Notes under the pieces: model-generated
Told to the model about the DNA's origin: nothing
Database searches by the model: none
What the model saw: only the letters and a program-made list of their open reading frames with translations
In this document: positions 62,791 through 64,000 of the stretch, piece by piece
Layout of the letters: every line of letters starts with the position of its first letter
How positions within the stretch are numbered: the stretch's first letter is position 1
Made by a program: the position numbers and the translations under genes
NCBI GenBank assembly: GCA_049997815.1
Contig: JBEKVQ010000002.1
Coordinates: forward strand, 74,483-138,482
Source of the DNA: Minisyncoccia bacterium
Lineage (GTDB): Bacteria > Patescibacteriota > Minisyncoccia > UBA6257 > GWB1-50-10
Direction: 5' to 3'
Length of the DNA stretch: 64,000 bases

Positions 62791-64000
62791 ATGTCGATTT
62801 TGATTGCTTCCCCGCTCATTTTTCTTTTGCCCGGCTATGCGATTACTCTCGCGATGCCATGGGTGCGTCGCGCAATTGCGCGGCTGGGATACGCTTTGGT
62901 AACGAGTGTTGCTCTTGGGGTGGTTGTAAGCTCCGGAGCGGCGTATGCAAAATTTCCATTGGGAGCTTCGCTTTTTGCATCGCTCGTCGCCGTAACCCTT
63001 CTTTTCGGATTGGCGTTCAGGCGGCGGATTACGCAGGTAGCGGAGGAGTGGCGGGACATGGCGAGGGCAGAATGGCTCTTCCTCGGATTCGCGCTTCTTA
63101 TTGCCGTAGCCGCGGCCGTTTTCATCGCCGTTCCTCATTTTAATTATCCATGGCCGAGCCACGGGGATGAATGGTGGTCGGTTGGCACCGTTCAGAACCT
63201 TTTGAGCGGTAAATCTATCAATACCCACCCTTATCTCCCCATAGATTTTCCGGATTATAAGCCGGGTTTTTACAGCTACATTGCTTCCGTCCTTAATCTT
63301 GTGGGCGCTGATCCGGTGAGTTCCTGGGCTTTTTTGCCGGCGCTCAATGTTTTTCTGGTTTCATTCGTGGCCTCGCTCTTTCTCTTCGGACAAACGAAGA
63401 GATCTTTTGCGGGTTTGCTCCTGCCGGTTTTTTTGGTCGCTCTGCGGTCGGATATCAACATTCTGGGTTGGTGGTTTTTCGTTCCCTCAATGTTCGCGTT
63501 CTTTTTTATCCTGCCTCTACTCTTCGGTATGCGCGATTGGCTCCGCTCGTCTTCCGGTCTCGGTTGGGCGGCTTTGGCGCTTGGCGCTCTTTTTCTCGTT
63601 TACCTTCCCTTTGGCGTTCTCGCCGTTTTCGCGTTGGCATTGTCCGCCGTCTTTATCTTGGATAAGCGTCGCCGTATTTTTATGCTGGTTGTTATTTTAT
63701 TTCTTATTGCTGCGGGAGTCGTCATGGGGATGGCGTTAAGCCCCTACCAGGTTTATTGGCAGATAGCGAACTTCCATTTTTCTTCTCCGCTCGCGGAAAA
63801 ATTTGTTTCGTCGTTCTTCGTGCCGGCCGGAGCGACAGTGCCGGATCCTCGCCATGCATTCTTGGGTTTTCTCGGCCTGCCCATCCTCGTACTGGCGGTG
63901 ATTGGGGCGTGGTGCGTGCGGAAAGAGAAGTGGATGTATGGCGTGCTTACGGCATTCGCCATGGGCGCACTCAATCTGGTTTTGCTTTGGATAACCGATG
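62791..64000 (+). CDS. Large polytopic membrane protein, 3'-truncated by window end; candidate GT-C-type glycosyltransferase partner of the DPM1-like enzyme
   Basis: Uninterrupted + strand frame from ATG 62791 to window end (not in ORF track because open-ended); >10 hydrophobic helices; supplied antisense ORFs here look random. Confidence 0.6.
   Translation, partial: MSILIASPLIFLLPGYAITLAMPWVRRAIARLGYALVTSVALGVVVSSGAAYAKFPLGASLFASLVAVTLLFGLAFRRRITQVAEEWRDMARAEWLFLGFALLIAVAAAVFIAVPHFNYPWPSHGDEWWSVGTVQNLLSGKSINTHPYLPIDFPDYKPGFYSYIASVLNLVGADPVSSWAFLPALNVFLVSFVASLFLFGQTKRSFAGLLLPVFLVALRSDINILGWWFFVPSMFAFFFILPLLFGMRDWLRSSSGLGWAALALGALFLVYLPFGVLAVFALALSAVFILDKRRRIFMLVVILFLIAAGVVMGMALSPYQVYWQIANFHFSSPLAEKFVSSFFVPAGATVPDPRHAFLGFLGLPILVLAVIGAWCVRKEKWMYGVLTAFAMGALNLVLLWITD

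Noticed and set aside
62767-63228. Minus-strand ORFs 62767-63228 and 62835-63125, and + strand 62859-63143
   Set aside because: They are antisense or alternative frames of a long uninterrupted + strand membrane-protein ORF starting at 62791. Their sequences look random and Arg-rich.
1-64000. CRISPR arrays, tRNA genes, IS elements, transposases, toxin–antitoxin or restriction-modification/defence systems
   Set aside because: No short regularly spaced direct repeats, no cloverleaf-like sequences with conserved GTTC/TTCGA features noticed, and no transposase, integrase or ATPase/nuclease defence motifs were found by eye. The only mobile-element-like genes are the two small GIY-YIG ORFs.

Overview
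The window is almost entirely a very large cell-surface glycan biosynthesis locus from a roughly 50% GC bacterium. The lineage cannot be assigned from sequence alone. No rRNA, tRNA, CRISPR array, transposase or recognisable defence genes were seen. The locus opens with a 1105-aa secreted Thr/Ser/Gly/Asn-rich repeat protein that has a peptidoglycan-binding domain. Directly downstream is a Wzy_C (O-antigen-ligase / O-oligosaccharyltransferase family) membrane protein. Then follows a dense run of predicted glycan-biosynthesis genes. These include at least 11 glycosyltransferases (GT4, GT2, CgeB-like), 7 SAM methyltransferases (two FkbM-type) and a cobalamin radical-SAM enzyme. The nucleotide-sugar genes are an RmlB-like 4,6-dehydratase, an RfbH-like PMP-dependent 3-dehydrase, an RmlC-like cupin epimerase and three SDR enzymes. 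There are two paralogous transketolase systems, one split into N and C subunits and one fused. Two tandem degenerate Nudix (Gmm-like) hydrolases are present. There are two oxidoreductase fusions (SDR–Gfo/Idh/MocA and MDR–Gfo/Idh/MocA), a glucuronyl C5-epimerase-like protein, an AsnB-type amidotransferase and a WbaP-like initiating phosphoglycosyltransferase. Export genes comprise two Wzx-like flippases and Wzm/Wzt. The locus also holds a roughly 1060-aa GT2–[12-aa tandem repeat]–GT4 protein, SGNH hydrolases, a DUF5989/SxtJ/carbamoyltransferase trio and a DPM1-like GT2 beside a large polytopic membrane protein. Embedded in it is a thiol-redox islet (DsbA-like, glutaredoxin-like, TrxB, two zinc-ribbon miniproteins, an SPW-repeat miniprotein). 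Two GIY-YIG genes, one intact and one pseudogenised, lie at the two ends of the main cluster. Promoters repeatedly follow a TTGACA–17/18 nt–(TGn)TAnnnT architecture, several with near-leaderless starts, and clean rho-independent terminators delimit a few autonomous units. The most interesting hypothesis is a protein O-glycosylation system of the S-layer-glycan type. It would pair the Ser/Thr-rich surface protein with the O-oligosaccharyltransferase-like gene and an ABC-transporter-dependent, methylation-capped glycan pathway. A repeat-containing giant glycosyltransferase is the candidate chain-length ruler. No searches or computations could be run, so all family assignments are from motif recognition and several start codons are judgement calls.
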